A stretch of 63,979 bases of DNA, counting the filler, from Octopus bimaculoides (lineage: Eukaryota): assembly GCF_001194135.2 (NCBI RefSeq). It is 6 parts of 5 records of this genome, joined end to end, with 100 filler letters (N's around TTAATTAATTAA, not from the genome) between each part and the next. Parts side by side here need not be neighbours in the genome. Positions count along the whole stretch, not along the records: positions 30,193 to 51,456 come from NC_068989.1; 5 more parts are not named here. One strand, written 5' to 3'. Shown here piece by piece: positions 38,284 to 51,139 of the stretch. The notes under the pieces are model-generated. The model had not been told where the DNA came from, searched no databases, and saw nothing but the letters and a program-made list of their open reading frames with translations. Numbering within the stretch: the stretch's first letter is position 1; each line of letters starts with the position of its first letter. The translations under genes and the position numbers were made by a program.

Positions 38284-39622
38284 CTAGAAAAGATGAGAGA
38301 AAGAAAAGATTATTGAAGATAGAATTCTTTGAAATAAAACTGAAGTATTTTATAAAATAGGTTTTACATTTACACAATCAAATATTTAAATATACAATAT
38401 ATATTAAACTTCTTCATTTAAACATAAGAATAAACAATATATACTGTACATCTTCAATTAGATATGCAAATATACATGTGTTATACGTCTTCATTTGAAG
38501 ATATATAACACATGTACTGCTCAACAACCAGAGTTGGCGTGTTTACATCTCTGTAACTTAGCAGTTCAGCAAAAGAAACTGCTAGAACAAGTACCAGGCT
38601 TACAAAAAATAAGTACTGGGGTCAATTCATTTCACTAAAAATTCTTCAAGGCAGTACCCCAGCATGGCCACAGTATAATGACTGAAACAAGTAAAAAATA
38701 AAAGATACAATACATATCATACTGCTTTATTTAACTATACAATATGCATTATACACTTCCTTCTTATTAAAATATTCAGATATACAGTATGTATTATACT
38801 CACTCATTTAAATATTTAAATGTACATAAACATAACAAAAATATTAAGCATAATCAAGGACAAGGAGAAAACTTCTTTGAGGTTGCTTGATCTACTAGAA
38901 ATAAATAAACAAGTTTCCTCAAATCAAACCCCACAATTTAAAAACAAAGGAAGGACACATTGGACAATGTTAAACTCAGTTGTACTGATGTGAGTGGGTC
39001 TTCTCAAGAACCTCGTATCGCCAGACATCTCGGTCCATTATCATTTCCTCTGTGAGGTCCAACATCCTGAGATCAGTCCTTGCTACTTTATCCCATGTCT
39101 TCCTGGGTCTCTCCCCTCTCTCTCTCTCTCTCTCTCTCTCTNNNNNNNNNNNNNNNNNNNNNNNNNNNNNNNNNNNNNNNNNNNNNNNNNNNNNNNNNNN
39201 NNTATATATATATATATATCATCATCATTGTTTAATGTCTGCTTTCCATTCTGGCATGCGTCGAACGGTTTGACTGAGGACTAGCAAGCCAGTAGGCTGC
39301 ACCAGGCTCCAATCTGATCTGGCAAGGTTTCTACAGCTGGGTGCCCTTCCTAACATTAACCACTCTGAGAGTGTAGTGGGTGCTTTTTACCTGCCATCGG
39401 CCTAGGAGCCAGTCAGGTGGCACTGGCATTGACTACATTTGCATGATGCTTTTTACGCACCACTGGCACGGGAGCTAGTCAGGGAGCACTAGCATTGACC
39501 ATGTTCACATGGTGCTTTTTACGTGCCATTGATTGTCAATATATCATATATCTGAATAAGAAGCGCACTCTAAAGTATACAGCAGTAAAGTATTAAATCA
39601 CTAAAGTTAAAGTCCGGTCATT

Positions 39623-39677
39623 AGAGTAACCAATGGTTTCGCATCCATGAACACCACAGTCTCGTGCATCAGACTCT
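39623..39677 (-). pseudogene. Disabled hammerhead copy in the inverted 5' repeat
   Basis: Minus strand reads AGAGU-CUGAUG-cacgagacugugguguucauggaugc-GAA-ACC-AUU-GGU-U-ACUCU. Relative to the + copy, 7 nt (AGCUGUC: core A9 plus the 5' strand of stem II) are missing, and GUC is GUU. Confidence 0.75.
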
Positions 39678-41664
39678 ATGCAAAGGCAAGTTTAACTCTT
39701 CACCTCTCAGAGGGAGAGGCAGGTCTAGATTTACACAGTTTGACATTGTTGATTTTTACCCGTCGATATCAAAAGTGTTGCTGATGAAGGCACTTTCCTT
39801 TGCTAAGGGCTTCACAGATATTAGTGATAGAAATATCAGCATTATCATACATGCCAAGAAGACGGTGCTGTTCAACAAAGATCTGATGAGAGTCAAGCAA
39901 TCTGACCCAGAGGGATCATTCCATGTGGCTATGTGAGCCTATGACAGCATTGTCGTCTGTGATCTTATCAAGACTATACATCCTGGACACCTTAGGAAAG
40001 AAATTTCCATTGGTCCTCTTTGGTCTCTACAGGGATGACGCCCAAGCCATCTCTAGAGGAGCCAATGGGCACATACTGGATAGACTCAGAAAGGACCTGA
40101 TTAGCACCCTAGGCTCCATTGAACTCAAGATCATCATAGAGACAAATCTTATCACAGTAGACTTCCTAGATGTTACTCTAGACTTGGGCTCTGGTATGTA
40201 CAAGCCTTATTGCAAGTCAAACAAGAAGCAATCCTGTATTAACACAGCTTCCTACCATCCCCCTATTGTGTTCAAGAACCCTGTGAAGGGTGTCAGCACG
40301 AGGATCTTGAAACTATCCTCAAGTCAAGATATCTTTGATGTTGCCGCCGCCTACAGTGAGGCACTGGCATCCAGTGGGTTTAAGGACCGCATCTCCTACA
40401 TGCCAGGCTCTAGTACACAGAAAAGGAAGCGCTGCTGAAATGTTATTTGGTTTGCCCCACCCTTCTCACTTAATGTCAAAACTTGTGTGGGAAGGATATT
40501 CCTCAGGTTAATACACAAGCACTTCACACAGACACAGACATGTATTCAACAGACACAATCTAAGGGTCACCTTTACTTGTGCACCCAACATAAAAAGTAT
40601 ATTAACTAACACCCGCAAAACACAGGAAGAGACAGGTTGCTCTTGTGGGGTGTACAATGACTGTCCAGTAGGGGGCCAATGCAAGACCAAAGGAGTCATC
40701 TATGGGACTACAGTGACACCTAGGCCTGGCAACCACAGTAACAACAACATACCACCCAACAACAACAACAATGGCACCAGAGGCAGCAACAATAGCTGAA
40801 ACACCAGCTCTGACACCAATGACTCCAGTCCAATGCTACAGCCAGAGAGGCTGGCCAGACCAATACCAATGGCACCAAGGCAGTAACTGGCCCCACACCC
40901 TACATTACCAGCAATAGCATCCACACCACCACCAACCCTATGGCCAGAGAGAACCACCACAGCAATAACAACCGCAGCAACAGCAGACATGCCAGCACCG
41001 CTGGACCAGCATGCCATAATGATAGCAACACTGATGGCAGCTCTTACAACACCAGTGGCAATCACAAATCCCCAGGCCTGGTGCCAACCAGAGATACACC
41101 AGGAATGAGAACATTGCCAGCACCTAAGCTTATAAATACATTGGATCAGCCAGCACAGCCTTCAAGCAACGCTTCTACAACCACCTGTCATCCTTCAGGG
41201 TCTCAGAAAGACATTTCGTCACATCTCTGGCTAGCCATGTGTGGCACCTCAAAGATCAAGGGATCCCATATGATATCAGGTGGAAGATCTCAGAACAACC
41301 AGGCCCCTACACTAATGGGAGTGGGTGCTGCAAGATCTGCATCACTGAACAAGCCAGAATACTTAAAGAATACACTAGGCCTGGCTCGCTGAATACTCAT
41401 CAAGAGGTATTCACACAATGCATCCATTTCAAGCACTACCTGCTGCAAAATTGGGATTCTTTGTTCGCTGGTTAAGCTCATAAGAGTCATTACAATCTAT
41501 TAGCAAACCACGAGTTAGATCCCTATTTCCTAATATTGACTGGTATAGAGGAGACAACCTGCCCTTACCAATGCTGGAACATTCTTTATCTGATAGTCAT
41601 TTGACCAATTGACCATAACATTTTTCCACCCCCAAGAGGTGAAGAGTTAAACTTGTCTTTGTAT

Positions 41665-41726
41665 AGAGTCTGATGAGCTGTCCTCAAGGCTGTGGCTTTC
41701 ATGGATGCGAAACCATTGGTCACTCT
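41665..41726 (+). ncRNA. Type I hammerhead ribozyme in the 3' terminal repeat of the Penelope-like element
   Basis: AGAGU-CUGAUGA-[stem II GC(U)GUCC...GGAUGC with inner AAGGC-UGUG-GCUUU hairpin]-GAA-ACC-AUU-GGU-C-ACUCU. All core nucleotides present, GUC triplet with C17 at 41721, stem I AGAGU/ACUCU. Folding read by eye. Confidence 0.82.
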
Positions 41727-42800
41727 GACCAGATTTTAACTCTAGTGATTCAAAATATATATATATATATATGCATATACACACAAATATATGTATATGT
41801 GTATATACACATACATATACAACAGGCTTCTTTCAGTTTCTAACAAATTTACTCAAAGAACTTTGGTTGTTCCAAGACTATAGTGGACATGCCTAAGGTA
41901 CCACCCAGTAGGACCAAACCCAAAACCACATACACATGAAGCAAGCTTCTTAACCACAGAACCAATTCAATGGACTAAGAATCACAGGAATCACAGCACA
42001 AGCATTCTCATTGAGTGAGTCTCCAGTCAAAAACTTTCTGCAAATTGAGTTAACACTATTTATGACCTTTCAAAATGTTTTTTTCTCTTCTCACAAACAA
42101 TTCCAACTTGCCAAACATCGTGTTGTTTGAAGGATTTAAGAAATATTCTGAAAATTCATTTTGATACAAAGTGATTGAACTGTAGCTATGCTAAGACCCC
42201 ACTTTCAAGGGCTTTAGTCAATATCAACAACCTTCGTGCTTAGTCAGGTACTTATTTTATCCATCTCTATTTATCAAATGGCAAACTTGACTTGTGTTGC
42301 CTCTTTTAGAGTGTTACCTCCCGTCTACAAATATAAATACAAGGTATATGGGATGGGGTGCATCAGTTAAGCATAAACTTTGAAATGCTAGTTTACTGTG
42401 ACTTGGCATACATTGGAACACCTGCTATTGTATTTAGTAACTAGTAAACTTTGATGAAAATTTTTATTCCAATTGTGACCATCTGGTCTTTTATTGTTTG
42501 TTTTTTTAGACACAGTATTTCTAGAACAACATTATTCACCATCATTTTGTGATTTGAGGGAGATCTGGCTGCTACTCCTTGCAAGTAGTGCAATTGTGTC
42601 GAGGGTCTTTCACTAGCTCAATATTAAAGTATTTGTTCTTACAGCTGGACACCCTTTTTATTGTTAAGTGTGGAGGAATAGAACCTGTTTTAGTCAAACA
42701 AATCAGAGCTAGCAAAGTTAGCAGCTTTCATCAGGGGCATAAGACAACAGCTGTAGTAAGGTTTGAACTATTCATCATAAGGTTTATTTATATATATGTA

Positions 42801-43995
42801 TACATCAGGTTGAGTAAAAAATAAGCAACATTTTGAACCATGAAGAATTTGTACAGGATTTTTGCAGAGTTTTTGATTTTTTTAAAACATTCTTTTGCAG
42901 TTGTTTGATAACCCTAACCCTAATTTCCCAAATGCATCAATAAAATAACACTAATATTTTTTTCACCATTGTTAGAATCATCTGAAATGGAACTGTCAAA
43001 GCATGATATCTGAATGACCTGTGAGTGGTCAGCTTGAAAAGGGTTTAAATAATTTCGCAGTGGAGACCTGAGCCTTGAAGACTGTGAGTGCAGTGGATAC
43101 CCATCTGTCATCGATGACGGTCAATTAAAAACTGTCACTGAGAAAGATCCATGTAAAACCGCTCAAGAACTGGCAAAAGAACGTCAAGTTAGCTAGAAAA
43201 CTGCCTGTAACCATTTGCATGCAATCGGAAAATCAAAAAAGCTCAACAAATGGGTACCACACGATTTGAATGAAAATCAGAAAATGTGCAGATATGAAAT
43301 TTGCTCGTCATTTCTTCTCCATAAACAGACTGATCCATTTCTCAACCGTATTGTAACTTGCACTGAATAGAGGATTATGTACAGTAATAAAAAATGTTCT
43401 TCACAATGGTTGGACCAAAATGAAGCACCAAAAATCTTCCCTAAACCTGAGCTCTTCAAAAAGAAGGTTATGGTGACTGTTCGGTGGTGTACTGCTGGAC
43501 TCATCCACTATAACTTCCTAAAACCTGGAAAAACTATTACTGCAGAAACATATTGCCATGAAATTGCCAAATGAATGAAAAACTACTATTCCTCTGTCCC
43601 AGACTGGTCAACAGAAAAGGGTCAATCATTCTTCATGACGATGCTCGACCATGTTTCACTAATAACACTTCAGAAGTTGAGAGAACGTGGCTACAAAGTT
43701 CTTCCTCACCCAGCTTATTCCCCAGACCTTTCTCCAACCAACTACCACTTTTTCAAGCACCTTGATGGTTTCCTGTGAGAGAAGGAGTTAAAAATCAAAC
43801 CGATGCTGAAAGTGCGTTCAAAGAGTTCATCAGCTCCAGAATTCCAGATTTTCATGTTACCAGAATAAACAAACTTGTAACTTGCTGGCAAACGTGTTGA
43901 TTGTAATAGTACTTACTTTGATGAATAAAATTTCCACATTGTTGAAATATAGTGATGAATTTCATGTTTCAAACATTGCTTACTTTTTACTGATA
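42801..43995 (+). mobile_element. Decayed mariner transposon
   Basis: Transposase pieces KWVPHDL, RIVTC, KKVMVTVRW, ILHDDARP, HPAYSPDLSPTNYHFF with stops and frameshifts. Imperfect TIRs (gagtaaaaaataagcaacattttgaaccatgaa / ttcatgtttcaaacattgcttactttttact). Confidence 0.92.
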
Positions 43996-44379
43996 CATAC
44001 ACACACACAAAGGATGCCAACCAATTAAATACATCCACCTGGCCTTTGGTTGCCTTTAGTTCACCGAGTTCACAGTGTTGTAACCATTCGGTTACATGGT
44101 TCCTTCCCTATGAAAATTTTCCATGCAGATAATCTATCTTGCAGACTAGTGTGACTGATGTTCAGTTTGAACATACATCCAAATTAAACGTCAATCATAT
44201 GATCACATAAGTCCAATGAATATAGGGGGATCTATAAGGGTCAACAGCATTTCTCCTCCTTCTTCCCCAACTTATCAGAAGGAACAAAAACATGCATGCA
44301 CACATACACAATACATTTTTCCTCATAAGTTTTGCATGTTACAACACATAATTACGTAAGAAGGTATCAATTAATTTAC

Positions 44380-44530
44380 CAGGGTTAACCTCTCTGTATG
44401 ATGCTACTCCATAAGCATCTACTATAGCTTGGAATGCTTCAGTGAATTTGTTAGTACGGTTATAGGTAGGAGGTTCTTGCTTTGTAACCATCCGGTTTAG
44501 TATAGATGGTACACTACTACCGCTTCTTTC
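44380..44530 (-). CDS. ATP6V0A1: V-ATPase V0 subunit a, internal exon C (151 nt)
   Basis: [50 protein letters not shown]+G, containing the PPTY.TNKFT..FQ.IVDAYG...YRE.NP signature. Acceptor tttcag, donor gtaaat. Not in the ORF track. Confidence 0.97.
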
Positions 44531-45709
44531 CTGAAAATAACAACATTAACGAGTAATTAGCACATGGAAAGTTTATATCATAAACTGGACTGAAATATAT
44601 AAATTACATTGAGTTCTTTCACCTAGAAAAATTGTTGGGCCTTTTCTGAAGATTTTGATATTTACATAGTCTTGCAAGCAGCAAGGTGACCTTGGTAATG
44701 CTAGAAGAAGGAATAAAGCAGTCAGTACAGGCTGTAAGATGGTTGGCATTAAGAAGGGTATCCAGCCAAAGAAGCCATGCCAAAAGAGACACTGGAGCAT
44801 GAAGCAGATCAGATCTTTTCAAACTGTCTTATCCAAGCCAGCAGGGAACATGGATATTTAAATGATGATTAATGATCAATTTCTCCATACTTTTGGAAAT
44901 AGTTGAACTCAGTTCATTACTCTAATGACACTTATCAATTATACATAATACTTCTGCTGTACCTCTTCATGGTAACATTTTTATAAGTCTGTTAATGGGA
45001 GAGGCACAGTGCCCATGCCTTTTGAAGATAATCACACACTGGTAAGATTTATATAGTGATGGTAAGTTTAGACATCTGTGAAGTGGTGCTTGTGGGAAAA
45101 CATGAGCGAGGGGAGGTTATTCTACTGGGTTAGTTTTAAGCAGGAATAAGAGGACAAAGTATTTAACACAGAATTTGGGAGTTGAGGCACAGTAGGAAAT
45201 GGGGGCTCTCAGGGTGGCAAGACTAGTTCAAGGGCCATTGTAAAAACAAGAGCAGAAAGAGAAGAAACCATCTGTCATCTGTGAGCTGATGGTTCAAACC
45301 TGCTGGTGACTGAATCTTTGCCAAGCCGTGAAATAGCCTTCTTTTGGATTTGGTCAAGAATGTCTGTGTGTAAAGCAGCAGCAACACTGGCTATAGATGT
45401 GAAGAGAACTCCAGTGTCAGTGTTACTTAAGCTTCATAGAAGGTAAACAATTGATCAGAGCTGAAGTAGTTTTTAGCTCTAAAAGTACTTCTAGTAGTTA
45501 TGCAATTTTGTAGGACTGCCATGAGAGACCATTGTTTATAATTAGATGAAAAAAAATTAATTTAAGTTAAATATTTTTGTCAGAAAGCCAGCTATCAATC
45601 TATTGACAGAATGTCATTGATTCTGAATTTCTTTATTTTTATAACTGGCTGCAAATTCAGAACTTTCTGAGAACTGTATTAGACCTCCAATGCAGTGATT
45701 ATCATTCAT

Positions 45710-45742
<33 letters not shown>

Positions 45743-45791
45743 CAAGAATTTTACACATCAGCACTTGCTAATAACAAAAATAGTAACTTAC

Positions 45792-46004
45792 AGTTCCTCG
45801 ACGTAAAGCTTGCTGTATCCGATCAAGATCAGCAACTGGACACCAACATTCAGCAATGAGACACTTCTGTGTGACATCCAAGTTGAACATATTCAAAGTG
45901 TGGTAGATTGCTTTGATCTTCCTCACTTTGATGAACCACACTTTAATATTCTTGGCTGCAGCTACCAAAACTCGGTGGCGATGATCTTGAGTCTGGCCAA
46001 GAAC
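45792..46004 (-). CDS. ATP6V0A1: V-ATPase V0 subunit a, internal exon B (213 nt)
   Basis: VLGQTQDHRHRVLVAAAKNIKVWFIKVRKIKAIYHTLNMFNLDVTQKCLIAECWCPVADLDRIQQALRRGT. Acceptor gcttag, donor gtaagt, phase 0/0, 100-nt intron from exon A. Confidence 0.97.
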
Positions 46005-46104
46005 CTAAGCAAAACACATCAGAAAAGTCATATAATTTAAGCTGAAACATAAACATTGTTTTGAATAAATTGGTTGGACAACAAAAATAAAATTATATCC
46101 TTAC

Positions 46105-46198
46105 TGTGTTGAGATCCTCAATTCGTGTTATTACTCCCATAGCCATTTCTCGTCTTTCAGCTTGAGTCTCCGGACACGGGTATAGAGTGGCTCGGAAC
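46105..46198 (-). CDS. ATP6V0A1: V-ATPase V0 subunit a, internal exon A (94 nt)
   Basis: Translates (G)[31 protein letters not shown], matching the a-subunit motif FRASLYPCPET...TRIDDL. Acceptor caacag, donor gtaagg. The symbol marks the family; paralog identity is not established. Confidence 0.95.
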
Positions 46199-47915
46199 CT
46201 GTTGTAATAAAATATTGTAGATATACATAATTAAATGCTACATGAGATGGATTATGAAATAAAATGCCAAGAGATGAATTATTGTTGAAGATTTTTTCCT
46301 GAGAGACAATGTCTACATAGACATGCTGTGTTAAAAATACAATATATATCAGAATGAGACAAACATTGTCCCAGTAGTGACCCATGAGAATGCTAGATGT
46401 GTTTCAGCTTCCTTGAGCTTTAATAATGATGAGTACTTACTAGTGACATGCCTACATAACATCTGTTCCCTCCGATGTATGGGAAACAGTGAATAATGCA
46501 ATCACCAATATTGCAGAAAGCTACCAGGTTGAATAAAGAATCTACTAACAATTTTCATTACTAGATATGCTTCTATTTCCACAAATGTGAAGTAATGGAA
46601 ATTATTATACAATACTTTCAATTGGTATGCCTTCAAAAAGAAAACCCATTTCCCCTGATGATCTTGTTCTATACACAGAATGCTCTTTCAAAAGAATTCA
46701 ATTTCTACTTCCCTCTCAAGACCCACTGTTTGTATTCTCACTAAAGCTCATGTTCTCGTATCTTCAGAGTTTGTTCTGGTACTCCATCACTACCTTACTT
46801 TTATCTTCTCAACCACTCCCACCCACCTCTGTATAGAATACAGAGCAGCCATGTATCTTCTCTATAGCAAGACAACTGTGCTTGTCACTTTATCTTACTT
46901 TAGTCTATCAGTATCCAGCATAAAGACTCCTTCCTCTCTCAAATACTCCCTCTTAGCAGTGAGAACTTTTTCCTTTTTCTCTTTCTTTTTACTTTTTCAG
47001 TCTTGCAAGTTACTTAGCAATGTCACTAGTGCCAGTGGCATGTAAAAAGCACCCAGTACACTGTGTAAAGAGGTTAGCATTAGGGAGGGCATCAAGCTGT
47101 ACAAACCATGCCAAAGCTGACATTAGTGTCCAACACAGCTTTGTGGTTTGCCAGATCCTTTCAAACTGTGCAACCCACGTCAGCATAGAAAGTGGACGTT
47201 GATGATGTTGATCACACGCACACACAAACACACATTGCTTGCTGTACATGGGACTAAATAAACTGACTCAATACAAATGATGGCAACAAATGTTATCATT
47301 AAGCAGATTTTATTTGAAATGTCAACTGCAAAATATATGCTAAATGCTATAATTCTGACTATAACGGTTAATTACTTATCTAAGTCTCACTGACAATGTT
47401 TATGAGTTTGCTAGATGCAATACTCTTCTCTGTCTCAAGTACATTTTTTTGAGCAATTTTATGAATTAGCAACTTAACAAGATTCACTACTTTAATTCAT
47501 TGATAATTGCATGTTTTGGTACTTCCTGAAAAAACAAACATTAGTCAAAGTATTTCCCAAACATAAAGCTAGTGAAGTATAAGGCTCTGAATCTGAGTAT
47601 AATTTGTCATTTATGATTAACCTTTTTTCTTATTATATTTCTGTTAAAATAGACTGCCCCAGTTTCAATTAACTTAGAAAATACTGAATTTGGTAAAATA
47701 ACTTTACCATTAATAAATTGGTGTTTGGGATGTAACATGAAAATTTTGATTGAAGTTCTTAACTTAGATCACTTTAAAACAAAGGTTGTATCATAGGACC
47801 ATGGGCGGTCTCAGACAGGTTGGTATCAAAAAGATTAAACAAATTCAGTACTAATTGGTAGGAGGATATGAATAGTGGCCAATGAATTAATACAAGTAAT
47901 AATTCAGGATTTGGA

Positions 47916-49220
47916 CAAGGAGTCACCAAACTATGGCCCATGGGCTGGATCTGGCCCGCCATCACACTGTACCTTTTGTGTAAGTATCTGCAAAGAGAGT
48001 TCATTCCTGCAGACATCATGTTTTAAATTGCATTGCCATGTTTAAACTGGTTTGAAGTGTGCTGTACATAAAAGGGACTGACTTCAGCGAATTATGTCAT
48101 ATATTTTGCATATCTGAATGTTGAAAGAGTTCACAAGAGGTAAGAATCTCTAATATTTTCAAACTTTGATATTTATTTAAGCCCTATATTTTAATTGCTA
48201 TATGCTCAAAAACAACCGACTTAAATTAATGAAAATTTTAAATAAAGCAATATAAAATTCTTAATACTATATTTGCCTATTAAGATTCTTAATAGTTTTA
48301 TTATATATGACCATGATTATTTTTATGAAGCTCTTCTAATTAACTTACATAATAAATTTTAACTACATTGGCATAACTATAAAAATTGCATAATCAAATA
48401 CTTTATCAGGAAAAAACTTTTAAGCCAATTATGTAATAACATAATTTAATGTCATGAACAATTTACATTGAGCTTGTCATGTTTATATACATGTCAGAAA
48501 ATTTTTGAAAAATTGTTTATTTTACTAAAACTTTTTTGTAGAATATTCAATGTGTAAATAAACAATTGTTTTTAATTGTCAGATTTTGTTTTCTTTGCTC
48601 ATTATGGCTACTAATAAAAGAACAGTAGATGCTAAATGTCACCTTTTCAATGAAGAATGGGGAGAAAAGTACATCTTCATGGAAACAAACAACCAGAAAG
48701 CTAGATGCATGATATGCAAAAAAAAATGTTGCTATTTTGAAAGAATACAATCTTTGGTGTCACTATGAAACAAAATATCTGTCAACATATTCAAAGTTTT
48801 CTGGAAAGTTGCATTCTCAGAAATTTGAGTTAATGAAATGTAGTTTGGAATCTCAAAGTAATCTCTTCGCAAGAATGTTTGCTAAAAATGAATCTGTCAC
48901 GCATGCAAGTTACAAAATAGTGCATAAGATGGCAGAACGAAAAAAACTGTTTACTAACGGCAACATCATCAAAGAGTGCATGATTGAAGCAGCAAATGAC
49001 TTGTGTCCTGAGAAGGCCAATTTGTTTGGAAATATTAGCTTTTCAGCAAGTTCAGTTGTGTGGAGAACAGAAGAACTTGGAGAGAACATAGTGCTACAGA
49101 TACACAAGAAAGTTAGGAACCTCTTGTAGTACTCTCTGGTGCTGGATGAGTTTACTGGCCTGTCTAGTATGTCACAACTTCTCGTATTCATTCATGGTGT
49201 TAATTTGGACTTTCAGATCA
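47916..49220 (+). mobile_element. Truncated hAT (Charlie/SPIN-like) transposon, 5' part
   Basis: TIR-like caaggagtcaccaaactatggccc at 47916. Frameshifted ORFs KRTVDAKCHLFNEEWGEKYIF...ARCMIC, HYETK, KKLFTNGNIIKECMIEAA, and VLDE.TGLSSMSQLLVFIHGVN. Confidence 0.82.
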
Positions 49221-51060
49221 CAGGAGAGCCTCCACTCACTCAGTTCACATATCTCATTGTGGCAGCATCCCTGTTGTTTCTTCTTTAGTTTTGTGCGTTT
49301 CTTGCTATTATTTTATAATACTTAGTTGTGTTAGCCATGGGCCCTAAGAAGGTTAGTGCAAAAGACAGTGCTGAGAAGAAGAAAAAGCTGATTATGATAG
49401 AATTGAAGAAGGAAATCATTGATAAACATGAGAGAGGAGTGCATGTAGTGGACATAGGACGTCAATACGACTGAAGCATGTCACAGCAAAGGGTGTTTCC
49501 AGGCTCTCTGAGCAACACATCTGTCCATGAAGAGATGGAAAAATTGCTTCTCCTATGAATCAATGAGAAGAAACTCACAGGGGATACGATTATGGAGACC
49601 ATCATCTGTGAGAAAGCACGAGCATTGTATGGGGAACTCCTGAAGCAGAACCCCAGAACATTGATGGAGGAGACATCAGCAGATGCATGTAAGGCCAGTC
49701 GCAGCCGGTTTGATAATTTCAAGAAGAGGACTGGTGTTCATACTGTCCTCAGGAATGGAGAAGCAGTGAATTCTGACATGAAAACAACTGAGGATTTTGT
49801 GTGTCAGCTCATCACAGCTGAGGTGTACATAGCACAATAGGTATTCAACTGTGATAAAACAGGCCTTTTTGGGGAAAAAAAAAAACGCCCAGAAGAACCT
49901 ACATAACTGCAGAGGACAAGAAAATGCTAGGCCACAAGCCTATGAAAGATAGGCTAACTCTTGCCCTTTGTGCCAATGTAAGGGGGAGACTTGAAGATTA
50001 AGTGGCTCCTTGTCTATCATTCCGAAAACCCACAAGCATTCAAGTCACACAAAATCCCAAAGGAGAAGCTGCAGGTCATGTAGAGGGCAAACGTTAAAGC
50101 TTGGGTCACCAGGCAATACTTCACCAAGTAGGTTAACCTTATCTTCAGACCAGTAGTGAAAAAAGTACCTTCTGGAGAATGATCTTCCTCTCAAGGCCTT
50201 CCTCATCCTCAACAATGCTTCTGCTCACCCTCCTAACTTCAAAAATGATATCCTGGATGAATTTAAATTCATAGAAGTTCTATACCTTTCAAGCAACACC
50301 AACCCTATCTTGCAGCCCATGGACCAACAGGTGGTTTCTAATTTTAAAAAATTTGTACACAAAACACTTGTTTTGTCAGTGCTTTGAAATCACCAAAAGT
50401 ACAAATCTAACCCTTTGGGAGTTTTGGCAGGAACACTACAACATTTTTGAATGCCTGAAAATCATCAATATAGCCTGGCAGGGTGTAATGAAGAGAACGC
50501 TGAAATTTGCATGGAGGAGGCTGTGGCCTGACTGCATATCCAAAAGCAAATTCAAGGGGTTTGAGTCTGAAACACCTGTAGACGAGGAGATAGTGTTTCT
50601 TGGCAAGTCCATGAGCCTCGAGGTTGATGATGGGCACATTAACAATCTTGTCAAGGAACACTCAGAGGAGCTGATGACAGATGAACTCCTGCAGTTTCAG
50701 GAGCAGCATTAGGATGGGGTGGAAGAGATTGATTCCCTGGAGGAGGACAGTGTAGCAGAGAAAGCTATATCTACAAGTAACACAAAAGCAGTGTTGGCAA
50801 AGTAGCAATAAGTTTCTGAATTTGTAGAAAAATATCAGCCTGAAAAAGTATCTACAGGTGATGCAGCTGCTTTATTTAATGACACTGCTCTGGTGCATTT
50901 TCCTAACATTTTGAAATGCAGGAAAAAGCAGACTTCTCTTGATATGCTTCTAATGAAACAACCTGCAAGTGTGAAAAGTGAAGAAAGTGTGCTCAAAAAG
51001 CCTAAATTAAGCAAAGTGAGAGAGAAAATGCCAGAAATAGATAGTTCTTACTGAAGTCTC
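49221..51060 (+). mobile_element. Decayed pogo/Tigger-type transposon
   Basis: ATG at 49337: MGPKKVSAKDSAEKKKKLIMIELKKEIIDKHERG (CENP-B-type HTH). Then VFNCDKTGLF, KDRLTLALCAN, LILNNASAHP, ILQPMDQQV. Many stops and frameshifts. Ends approximate. Confidence 0.88.
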
Positions 51061-51139
51061 AATGGAAGGAGATTCTCCTTTCCAAACAAGAATACTCCTC
51101 CTCCCCACTCCATGGTCTTCCTCGCGCACAATTTGTCCC

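Larger units (their letters stand above)
39591..41756 (+). mobile_element. Decayed Penelope-like retroelement (5'-truncated RT + GIY-YIG endonuclease) with inverted terminal repeats
   Basis: RT motifs FDIVDFYPSI (~39740), LYRDD (~40025), FLDVTLDL, HPP. Linker NVIWFAPPFS and Cys cluster CG...CP..GQC..KGVIY (~40640-40703). YIGSASTAFKQRFYNH (~41137), C..C..EQ..I and LN...E....C.H at the C-terminus. Frameshifts and stops present. 39591-39707 is the reverse complement of 41635-41756. Confidence 0.92.
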
